Below the pieces are notes generated by a model that had not been told where the DNA came from, made no database searches, and worked only from the letters and a program-made list of their open reading frames with translations. A DNA stretch of 64,000 bases, from contig CM119372.1 of assembly GCA_051294905.1 (NCBI GenBank), positions 37,140,001 to 37,204,000 of the forward strand. The letters run 5' to 3'. Below, one piece after another: positions 53,365 through 64,000 of this stretch. Position 1 is the first letter of the stretch; every line of letters begins with the position of its first letter. The DNA comes from Botryllus schlosseri (Eukaryota). The position numbers and the translations under genes are program-made.

Positions 53365-54469
53365 CAGTGGTCAGGAACCTATGGCTCTTTCGGGTATACG
53401 ATATGGCTCTTTTACAAACATCTATTTTTGTACTGAAATTGATCAATATTGCAGCGACTTGTTAGCAAATTTCTATCACGATCAGAATATTTATTCCAGT
53501 GGCAGTATAAACATGTCTTTGAGAGGTAAAGGCGATGCCGTCTTCAGGTTTAGGGGCTCGAACTCTTTTCAAAATCCTCGAATTTAAGTTACTGTCGCAC
53601 CGGCGACCAATATCACTCGCGGAATCGATATAACCTACCCTACTCGAAATCTTGGATTGCACGATACGTTGATAGATCAAAGAGAATAGCAGACATTGCG
53701 ACACCAATATGACAACGCAGTTTTCCAACACACATTGTCTTCCTGATCTATAGTGCGAAATGAACTTCCGTTGACGTGACATTCATCACAATTACAAACA
53801 AGCAAGTAGCTCTACGGCCGAATGTTTTGAGAATTAAGAAGTCGATCAGTATTTAGATTTTCGGAATCAGTGCGACAGTTACATTGGATTAATATAATTT
53901 ATAATCAATTCTAAGCTATTTACGATGAATTGCGTTATCAATGGCGAGGCTTGGCCCCTCTGTTGCTTACCTCTCGTTTCGCGATTTATTTTCGAACAAT
54001 ATAACGCAAATTGTGTGAATTTGGGAGAAAAATGCTCAAAATCTAGTCATTCATGAACATCAATAGAAAATACAAATAAAAATTGAAGGTTTCAAAATTT
54101 TAGTTAAAAGCTTAGAGTGGGTAGGCCAGGCCTATACATAGATTGCTGTAGGGACCATGGTTGGCTCCACCTACCCATGTGATCATGGGTGCTCGCATTT
54201 AAAAGGAGCATCACGGCGAACCTACGTTCTCGTAACTCACGTTTCCCATGCTCAAGTAAGGCAACCAGCATGATTAGTTCGAGTTTTTACAGAGAAAGTC
54301 TGGCGCACACGACGAATCCCGTGTAGTGAGTTCAAATTAGTGCTACAATGACGTCAGGAATTTTCGATTGTGACGTTACAACTCATTGACATGTATGGCT
54401 CCTTGGGAGGTAAAATGGTAAAAATAGGGCCAATATGGCTCTTCGGACAAAAAAGGTTCCCGACCACTG
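53365..54469 (+). mobile_element. CAGTGGTCGGGAACC-family MITE, copy 2
   Basis: TIRs present; TSD acctagag / tcctagag. Confidence 0.9.
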
Positions 54470-54886
54470 TCCTAGAGTATAGGACTATATATAGGCAATA
54501 TATATTGTCAGACCGGCTATAGTTCGATACTACACTGTTCGTCCCTTTATTAAGGTTGATATCGTTAGGAAAGGTGATTTGCAGCTTTTCAAGTAGTTCA
54601 GCGGTACAGGATTGGAACAATGGACACAATGTAGCAAATGTAGGACGGCTATTGGATTCGATCCTGTGCTCTTGTTCAGTTGTGGTGGAGCAAATATCAA
54701 GTTGTTATTCTCATTTTGCCATCCGCTAACAAACAATCATATTGTAACTTACGTTCAATCATACGTATTGGGATATTTGCACGATATAGACATCCTATTT
54801 TTATAAAAATTTACTTTCAAAGTGGCGTTTTGGGATTGTTTAATCCTTGAGACCCAGAATGGCAATTTTGGTGTGATGATATAGTC

Positions 54887-56009
54887 TAGGGTTACCATAT
54901 TTTTGTGAAGCAAATTCCGCACACTCTGTAGCGCCCACTAGCGGATTTAAGAAGAGGTATTACACATTGTCTGTCAATATGACGTCACACTAGCAAAGCA
55001 TTGTCAAACGACTGTATACAGGAAGGGAGTGGAACATAGGTCATGAATTGGACCCTCTGTAATGTGAACTCTGCTGATTGCTACTTGCTATGGTGTGCAA
55101 TAGATTTCTCCACTTGCCGGATGAAATCGTCTGGCGGGCCGTGTTTGGCCTGTCAGGATTGTGTTTGACAGTCCCGCTATACTGTTAGGTCGATGCGGCT
55201 ATCTGATTGTTTGTTTTTATTTTATTCAGGTCCGAGACAACATTTTTCCCGCCCCCTTCCGCCCAAAAAAAGCACTGATCTCTAACCCACCATAGGGTAA
55301 TCGATGTAACTTCTTGGGCAATTACTATATGCATTTGGCTGTGAAATTTTATCAAGGAATTCTTCAATAATTTTGATTTTTTTCATTGGGCTACTATAAA
55401 ATGCACCAGCAGGTTGCTCATCCGGTGATTTCCAGCCTTTAATGGTCGCGACCTCATTTCAAACTTAAAAATGTTCCATGGCCCTGGTAAAAACTTGATA
55501 AGCTGATTATTAAAAAAATTCAGCTTGCCCAAACTTACTCCCGGCCTAGGACGGTGATTGCGTCCAACATCATCGCGATCCCCAGATAAAGGTAAACGAG
55601 CCCAAGAATTTGAAACCACTGTCTGTGACTAAATCATCCAATCGGCCCTAACCAACTCTAGTACTATACCGTTAGCTTATAATTGCGATTACCGTTGGAC
55701 TTATTTTAGTAAATTATGGTAATTTATATTAATTTTGATTGCATTTGTTTGGCGAATGTGATGCCAGGTGCCCGTACTAATACCAATAAACGTTGCATTA
55801 CCTCGCGCGCAGCGCGAAGAAGAATTTCGAATATCATAAATCTGCTTGAAAAAAATATTGTTTATGTTGACTTACGAAAAACTTTTGAGCCTACTTCAAC
55901 CTTTCAAAATTCCGGACATTTGGGCATATTTTAGGAATTCCTCCCGGACGCAGATTTTTCAGTGAAATTCCGGACATGTCCGGGAAATTCCGGACGTATG
56001 GCAACCCTA
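54887..56009. mobile_element. TAGGGTT(A/G)CCA-terminus hAT element
   Basis: tagggttaccata / tatggcaacccta; TSD atatagtc / ataaagtc; ccggac subterminal repeats. Confidence 0.8.
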
Positions 56010-56039
56010 ATAAAGTCCGATTCTTTACGTTATTCAGCA

Positions 56040-56560
56040 CATTGCATCCACCCTAGTTTCCGTACAACATCTTCATTGAGCTACCTGAAACTGCCACCCG
56101 TTCGGTTGAATTCAGCTTTAACAACAATATGTATCGCCATATTGATGCTGTTGCCATGGACCTTGCTTGACAAATATATTCGTTGGTTCCAGGAAAACAA
56201 ATTAATTTCAAATGTAAGCAAGCCGCGTATGTATATTGAATACGTTGATGACACGTTTGCAATTTTCGACATGAAGAAGAGTGCAATGTTTATTTAGATT
56301 CTTTACACAACTTGCACCCGTCTCTGAACTTCACCATGGACAAAGAGTTTAGCGGGTCACCAGCCTTTACCGCCGTATGACGGAAAGGATCAACACCAGT
56401 ATCATCACTTTAGTATATAGAAATCCAAAATGTAAAGGTCACTTCATCAGCTGGGGCTCATTTTGCCCAAACAACGAAAATTAAATTTGATATCGACACT
56501 TGTTCACCGGGCGCTAATAATCTGTTCAGATGTGCTTATTGCTTTTCAAAAGGAGAATAT
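56040..56560 (+). pseudogene. Penelope-like retroelement reverse transcriptase remnant
   Basis: Across frameshifts: EFSFNNNMYRHIDAVAM...NIFVG.QENKL...PRMYIEYVDDTFAIF...LHNLHPSLNFTMDKE...VYRNP...LNLISTLVHRALIICS. These are typical PLE RT and thumb motifs. Confidence 0.85.
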
Positions 56561-57256
56561 TATATATAAATCCAATGTCGCTGTGATTGTCGGTATGTGG
56601 GGCGCACATCGTTGCGGTTGACCGAACCCCAAACTAGAAAAACAGCATGTGCCTAAATGAATTAGATCAGTCAGTCAGTCAGTCAGTCAGTCAGCCAACC
56701 AACCTATACATCGTTCTGCGCTTGTTCGTCGGTGCACAGAAGTAGGCTGTCTGCAGTGGGGTATAAGAGGCACACGAACAGTCCACGAGTTAAGAAATTC
56801 TACTGTAACGAATGTAGCGCTGAAAGCGCTATTCAGCAAGCACACCGCTCCCGTGCGCTTTGAAATCGCAATATCAAATTCCGGGATTGTGCAAAAATAA
56901 ATTATTTATAAATGAACGCAGTGTTATCATCATTTCCAACAAACATTATAACTGACGTCCGTCAAATCGTTTTGTTTTGACCCATGTTCAAAATTATGTG
57001 TGTTGTTTCCATATGTATAGACATTAAAGTTGATTTTCCATTTCGAATGCGCCAATCTCGTTGGGCAATAAACCCAATGGTCACTGGTGTGGTTTTGTTT
57101 TCGTGCAGGTATAAATGTTTTCTGAGTATTTATGTACTTTTACCGTAGAAATAAGAGCCTAATAAACTTCAACTGTTACCAAGCAGCTGTGACACACGAA
57201 GCAAATGCGAGCCTAACCGAATGCTTCACTGAACGGGACTAGTTGCGATATCACGG

Positions 57257-57439
57257 ATGGCTGTTGCAAGTAACGAAACGTACAACTCTCGTATCAAGAT
57301 AGCGCTGAATTGGTCGGAACGTTTCATAGAACCTGCTCAGCCTTCTGTGTTAAATGCTCTGTGCGTTTACATGACCTTTGTTTCTGTGCTGGCTGTTACT
57401 GCGAACGCTGTTTTCATCATGACATCGTTCAGGAGCAAG
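57257..57439 (+). CDS. Opsin C exon 1 (close paralog of opsin A); remaining exons not found in window
   Basis: MAVASNETYNSRIKIALNWSERFIEPAQPSVLNALCVYMTFVSVLAVTANAVFIMTSFRSK|gtgagc. Same donor context as opsin A. Upstream 57030-57250 is homologous to 11930-12160. Confidence 0.85.
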
Positions 57440-58199
57440 GTGAGCACGAGCGTTCTTCGTCATGTCCTAAAACAGTTACTACATCGTTCCACCTCCCAAC
57501 TGAAACAGGTAATCAAGCCTGGAAAACTAGCTACAGGGAATCCATATTATATAGACGGAAAGTAATTGTATTGAAATTTCTACCCCATCGTGAAATTGTG
57601 GACATCACTACTTCATCGCACCAGATTTTGCCTTCACGCCCATTCCATTGGGCACGCAAGAATCAAATGCATCAATCCTTGTCGAGATGTACATATCCAG
57701 GGTGTTGTGGGTTCTGTTTGTTTGTATCATCTTTTTATGCCTTCTTGGGGTGGTCTACTACTGAGTTGTATCTTTATTATAAGATTTGATGCATTCGACT
57801 CTTTTTTTCTCATTGACATCGGTGCATAAACATGATTTCGAACTAAAAAATCGGGTATATCTAATTTTCACCCCACATTATCACGGAAATCAAATGTGCT
57901 TAGATCAATCGATTATATGTGTAGTTGTTCAAAAAAGCAGTGGTGGGCTCTGATTTGTCCCGAAGGCTCAACAGGAAGTACCTTGTCCGGTCGAGCCAAT
58001 AATTTGAACCATAATCTGCGACGTATTAATCCTAATTATGGATAGAATGCAATATATTACATTGTTTGCACAAGTTGCTAGGTGGGTGTGTTATTATTAT
58101 GTAATGAGAAAGTGAGGGTTTATTACCAAAAAATATAATTTATTTACTGTCATTGTTCACAACAATTGTAAACAAGAAACATGACTAACTCTTTTTAAA

Positions 58200-58570
58200 C
58201 ACTTCAACGCCCAGACACCTTTTTCTGTTAAGACACAATACATTTATCTCGAATATTACGAAGTTAGTCTTGGTCGCTGCTTTTCGAGCTGTGCGTAGCT
58301 TGAAAAAATAGCCTTTTTGTATTGCTAACTGCGCAAGCAGGTCTTTCGAAATGCGTGTACTCTCAGCCTCAGTTGACTGATTGTATTTCACGCCGTGTTT
58401 TTCTCATAATTTCGATTAAAAAAATATTCCTCAAACACGGCAACCTGCTCACATAAACTGAAAATACGGCTTTAGCTGTGGCTTCAGTAACCAAATATAT
58501 AGTGTTACAAATCATCGGGAAATGAGGACGTCAGTCTCCCGCTTTCTGTTTAGTCATGCCCGTTCTGGTC
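58200..58570 (-). pseudogene. Buster/SPIN (GTF2IRD2-like) hAT transposase N-terminal remnant
   Basis: Minus strand, with frameshifts: YLVTEATAKAV...QVAVFEEY..NRNYEKKHGVKYNQ...LLAQLAIQKGYFFKL...AATKTNFVI. Resembles the VAVxKEYNLxRHYxxKH motif. Confidence 0.55.
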
Positions 58571-59023
58571 ATGCCGCTAATTTTGTTCATTTATTGACTC
58601 GCTTGACGACTAAGGATTTGGAAACTCGTGACGTGACAATTTAAAGACAGACCGTGTAATTCATATTGCGTAACAATAGCTAACAAACAAGCAAACAAGG
58701 TTTGAACTACACTATAGGGCCCAGGGAGTATTTGGTTTTATTAAGTGCGCGAAAGAACGAGATATTACAGGATATACTCGATATATACTTGATATTGGAT
58801 ATACTGGATAGCTGACTATACGACGTAACAATTCAGGAAATATCCGATTACCAATGGCGACGGCCATGGAGACGTACAACGCTGACGATACCTATGCACA
58901 ATGAAATGCTACACAAGTATCATATGCAACAGTAACAGAAAGAGCAGAGAATCCAAAAGTACAGAGAAAAACCAATCATGAAACACCGATGTTCAACCAT
59001 ACCAGGCCAAATACTTTCTATAT

Positions 59024-60720
59024 CAGTGGTCGGGAACATTTTTTGCCCAAAGAGCCATATTTACCCTATTTTTTCCATCCCAACTCCCAAAGAGCTATAC
59101 ATGCCAATCAACTGTTACGTCACAATTGGAAATTCTCGTGACGTCCTGGTAGCACGAATTGGAACTCAGTACATGGGATTCCTTGTGTGCGCCACATTTT
59201 CTCTGTAAAAACTGGCATTTATTGTTCAAAAATAAAGCTCGAAACGAAGGGAAGACGCGGACGGGCCAAGCCTCCACCAAGGATAACGCAATTCCTTGTA
59301 TAAGTAGCTTAGAATTTATTATAACTGATCTTAATCGAATGTGACTGTCACACTGATTCCGAAAATCCAAGGGCGGAGATAATAAAGTCAGCTGACCAGG
59401 GAGAATGCTAATCGTGTGATTAAATACAGCTGATCGGAACGCATCTCAGGCGGAGATAATAAAGTTAGCTGATCCGGATTATTGCTAATCGTGTGATTAA
59501 TTACTGCTAAGCGCGACTCATCAAGTTGGAAAGGTTACGCCCGATGGTTAGTCGAGGTGTCCCGAGTTTTCAATCAAGTAGCGATATCTGTTGCATCACA
59601 GTGCGAAAACGCGTTAGAGGCCATCAGTTGTCAATTGGTTGAATGAAACAGTAGCCTGTTGATAGCGACACTGCCACTGTAATATGTCGAATTATCATCA
59701 TCGCGAAATGAAGGTCGTGTACAACTCGTTCGGTACAGCTAAGAAATGGATTATAGAATATTGGTGTCGCTCTGCAATGGCGCGTACATAATTAGTGAAG
59801 CAATTACCTAGGAGGCCATCGGCACGGTCAATATCGGAAATATTTGTGCGTAGGAATGGTACGCAGTTTTTATCGATAACAAGTTATCTATAGTTTGTTC
59901 CGGCGATAACATAACGTTGCGCTACACGCATAAATTTTATACTACACAGAACGTGGAGAAAACGGAACGTGGATAGCTATGGCGTTGTTTGTAATTCGAG
60001 TTTTTAATTGTGAATGTCACATCCACAACAGTTCATTTCGGGCCGTAAATCGGGAAGACAATGTGTATTTGAAAACTGCGTTTTGAAATGGGCGGTGCCA
60101 TATCCGCTGTGCTCTTTGACTCAACGTATCGCACAATTCATGATTTCGATTCGGATACATCGCCAGAAGGTTTGAGCCAGTAGTCATTTCGATGGCGTGG
60201 GTTCGAATCCCATCGCTGCCACCACGCCAGGATACAGAGCCTGTACTCTCTGTTGCACCACGAAACGATGTCGCCACACGACAAACGTTTATTACAGAAG
60301 AGACATCTTAACAGCACGAATAGTCGTTACGTCAGGCAACTAAATAAACGTCGCAATCAGACAACTAATCATTAGCGTGCCAATTAACAGGTTCCGAGAT
60401 TCGGCTCCAGTATATATCACTAACAATACTGGCTCATGGAATTTGCGAGTGATATTGGCCGCCGGCGTGACAGTAACTTAAATTTGATGATTTTGAAGAG
60501 GGGGGTCCGAGCCCCTAAACTTGAAGACGGCATTGTCTTTACCTCTCAGAGACATGCGTATACTGCCACGAAAATAGGTATTTTGGCCGTGATGAAAATT
60601 CACCAACAAGTAGCTGCGATATTGATCAATTCAGTACAAAAATAAATATTTGGCAAAGAGCCATATCTTATACCCAAAAGAGCCATATATGGCTCGCGAG
60701 CCATAGGTTTCCGACCACTG
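59024..60720 (-). mobile_element. CAGTGGTCGGGAACC-family MITE, copy 3, with internal insertions
   Basis: TIRs present; exact TSD ttctatat. Insertions at ~59390-59870 and ~60161-60434 relative to the other copies. Confidence 0.9.
60182..60224 (+). pseudogene. 3' half of tRNA-Leu including CCA (tRNA fragment, not a gene)
   Basis: agtcatttcgatggc (long variable arm), gtggg-ttcgaat-cccat (T arm), cgctgcc-a-cca. No D arm or anticodon arm. Confidence 0.8.
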
Positions 60721-60789
60721 TTCTATATAAAGGGAAATGAAGACATTCAGGTCGTTACGATAATTGAACAATTACAACACAGCAGCATC

Positions 60790-62340
60790 ACAAGTAAATA
60801 CTACAAATACATTGCAGGCTTATATGAGCAGAGGAAGGGAATATGGATAATGAATTTGATCACAGAAACCAATGGAAAGAATTTGAGAGATGAATTGTAC
60901 CAACAGATGAGACAAAACCTTAATGAAGCAAAATTCCGCAATATAACTTTCGAACCCACAAGACGTTCAACGACACATCTCATTGTTAAAGGCATACCAT
61001 GCGAATCCAAAGAGGAGAATATAGTCGAACAATTGAGTGAATACGGTTTCGAGACGGTTATTAACCAGACCAGGGTCTTCAAAAGAAACCCGAACTGGTA
61101 TAATGGTTTCATTAACATCTGGGTGGAAGAATTCAGAAATAAATTAAAAAACCTACCATATAAAAGTTGATCGGTATGTATGCCTTATCAGAACAGCTGA
61201 AGACGCTTATCAGAAGCGATGTTACAACTGCAATCTGACGGGACATATTGTAACGGAATGCCCAAATGAAAAATTGGAATGGACGATGTGCAAACGACTG
61301 GGTCATCGTGCAGACGAGTGCAGGTCCAAACTTCGACGAGACAAGCCCGGGTATACGACCGAGCATGAAAATGCTGAAATAGCCAACAATGAAACGGTAG
61401 GTACGTTTGACCCGAAAACACCCCGGAACGACGACATGAAAAGGAACGAAACAAGGCAGAAGAGCCAGGCAATTATCAAAACATACTCCTTAACTGACGC
61501 CGCATTCGGAAATGCAGACACAACACAGGAGGAAACCGAGCCAGCGCAAGCCGTGTTGGAAAACTACAAAACTGACAAACAAAGGGAAATACAGACGGCC
61601 GGAAAGCCAGCCATCAAAAAGCCGTCGGATACGAAACCTCATAAACAGGCAAACGGCTGTGAACAGACTATGAAACATGGACACAGAGATGGAGTGACTA
61701 CCAAAGGAACTGCAAGCAGTCAAGCGAAAAAGCCGAATAACAATAAGAAGAACCAACGCAACAATTCTCCTCGACTGACATGATGGCGAATCTATTGAAA
61801 CTAAAGTCGATTAACGTAAAAGGATTTCAAAGAGAATGCAAAATCTGTATCAAAATATTTATAAACCTGCATATGGCTATCGACGCTACACCCGACGAAA
61901 CTATGCGCAACGTATATGATTGACCACAAGATCCGACTATAATGCAAGCTATCCGATAGTTCGCGATAATTTGTATTTATCAACCCACAAAACCCAACCA
62001 TTTCACCCACAACCTATCCCAAGCATCCTAACCTCCCATCCCATCCCATAATCCCAACCCTTCCTCAACCCATATCACTCCCCCACTAATACCCACCCAA
62101 ATTATCCACCAATCATCATAAACGATCAAATTACGACTACAAAGACTTAATATGAACATTAGACGCATACGAACGCCAATTAACGGCGGCTTCTACTACG
62201 ACTTCAACTACAAATTCGTCTTCGACAACGACTGCGATTAGATGACCCGATGATGGAGACGAGCCAAACCGAAAGAATTGCATTCATGATATTATTGATG
62301 TTTTATGTATACAATATACATAATTGTATAAAAATCACAA
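60790..62340 (+). mobile_element. Internally deleted non-LTR retrotransposon (L1/Tx1-like ORF1 plus ORF2 start)
   Basis: Broken ORF1 with TTHLIVKGIP...EQLSEYG...WYNG and a degenerate zinc knuckle (MCKRLGHRADEC). The ORF1 stop overlaps an ATG (ATGA, 61780-61783) that begins MMANLLKLKSINVKGF, resembling an APE endonuclease N-terminus. C-rich 3' region follows. Confidence 0.6.
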
Positions 62341-62609
62341 AACGGGATATCTCGTCGAAGTAGGCTTGAATTCCTGCCCTCTTACTCTGCATTCTCAAGC
62401 CTTCCTGTCCTTTGCGTCGGAGGGAAATGAATGGAAAGATCGGTTCTTCCCCAGTTCCATACCATTGGTGGCACTGCATTTATAAACACAGCAGTATTGA
62501 CGCATTATATTCGAGTATGTGGTACTGAATATTTTACTTTATTTCCTAATAATTCTTATTATTGATGAAGAAATCAACATTTAACTCTAATCTTGTCGTT
62601 TTTATACAG

Positions 62610-63523
62610 CAGTGGTCGGGAGCCTATGGCTCGCAAGCCATATATGGCTCTTTTGGGTATAAGATATGGCTCTTTGGCAAATATTTATTTTTGTATTGAA
62701 TTGATCAATATTGCAACGAGTTGTTGGTAAATTTTAATCACGGCCAAAATAATTATTCTCGTGGCAGTACAAACATGTCTTTGAGAGGTAAAGACAATGT
62801 CGTCTTCAGGTTTAGGGGCTCGTACCCCCTCTTTTCAAAATCATCAAATTTAAGTTACTGTCACGCCGGCGGCCAATATCACTCGCGAATTCTATGTACC
62901 CGACCCGAAATCTTGAATTGTGCGATACGTTGATTAATCAAAGAGCATAGCACGGCGCCGTCCATTTCAAAATGCAGCTTACAAATACGCCTTGTCTTCC
63001 TTATCTACGTCGCGAAATGAACTGTTGTGAATGTGACAATTACAAACTCGAATTACAAACAGCGTCATAGCTATCCACGTTATTGATCGGTTAATATAGC
63101 TCTGTGTTACCGGCGATAAAATGTAGGCGTGTAGCGCAACGTTATGTTACCGCCGAATACTTTGAGAAGTCGATTAAGTATTTAGATTTTCGTAATCAGT
63201 TTGAAAGTCACATTCGATTAATATCAGTTGTAAAAAAATTCTAAGCTACATATGAATTACGTTATCAAGGGTGGGGCTTGGGCGCGTTTGTTCTATACCT
63301 CTCGTTTCGACCTTTATTTCCGAAGAATATATACGATATTTTACTGAGAAAATATGGCGCACACGAGGAATCACATATAGTGAGCTCGAATTAGTGCTAC
63401 CATGACGTCATGAATTTTCAATTGAAGCGTAACAGTTGATTGGCATGTGTGGCTCTTTGGGAGTTGAGACGGAAAAAATAGGGCCAATATGGCTCTTCGG
63501 ACAAAAAAGGTTCCCGACCACTG
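62610..63523 (+). mobile_element. CAGTGGTCGGGAACC-family MITE, copy 4
   Basis: TIRs present; exact TSD ttatacag. Confidence 0.92.
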
Positions 63524-64000
63524 TTATACAGCCTGCACGGCTATTGGACTATAATGTAGTGCCAACTAGGCTTAAGTAAATGCAGCGTCCTCCGTTGCTG
63601 CGTCGTATCCATGGCCATTGTCTTTCGACCAATCAGCGCAAAGTTTGGTTTACGACCGTATATGGAAACAGTGATGTGTGACGGTAATCGTTACGACATA
63701 CTTTGCTATCTTGGCTTTATTTTAAATCTAGCTTACGCACACGACGTACGTAGGCTACGTAATCACGGCACATAAATAAAGAGGCTCTAAATTAAAGGCA
63801 TTCCCGGTTCAGTTTATACAACCTGTGGTTTCATCTGCTTTCTCGGCAAGCGTCCCAGTCTATATAATGAGGCGTCTTACATCGAATTTGAAGGAGACGC
63901 ACAGTAATAAAAATTGCCACAGCAATAAATTGCTTTAGCTCCACATCTCCATTGAACAGCTATCTGAGTGCCGAAAACTGTTGTTTTTGTTGTGATATAT

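Noticed and set aside
57310..57789. 159-aa Cys-rich ORF overlapping opsin C exon 1
   Set aside because: An alternative frame of the opsin exon running into the intron; Cys richness follows from the Val/Ala codons of TM1.
60161..60224. Possible tRNA-Leu gene
   Set aside because: The 5' acceptor strand, D arm and anticodon arm are absent and CCA is encoded; reported as a captured fragment instead.

Overview
Eukaryotic (animal) genomic DNA, AT-rich and intron-containing, densely filled with non-autonomous DNA transposons. An invertebrate chordate such as an ascidian is plausible, but this is inference only. The genic content is a cluster of three ciliary-type opsin paralogs. Opsin B (minus strand) has coding exons 1-2 at 2589-2407 and 1405-1243 and continues off the left edge. 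Opsin A (plus strand) has a complete 7-exon model at 12165-35232 (332 aa) with retinal-binding K296, NPIIY/NRQ, and three introns at the positions of vertebrate rhodopsin introns 1, 3 and 4. Opsin C (plus strand) has exon 1 at 57257-57439 and continues off the right edge). The most striking observation is that opsin A carries Gln at the vertebrate counterion site 113 and Glu at site 90, while paralog B has the canonical Gly90/Glu113. This resembles the engineered G90D/E113Q counterion-swap rhodopsin. The rest of the window contains nested hAT MITEs with 8-bp TSDs, a foldback element with ~1.2-kb arms between the divergent opsins, tRNA-derived SINEs, a solo LTR, Penelope and LINE remnants, a captured CCA-bearing tRNA-Leu 3' half, and a 3-kb-arm palindrome abutting a 100-N assembly gap. 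Gene models and residue numbering (bovine rhodopsin) come from manual reading and alignment from memory; no database searches were run.
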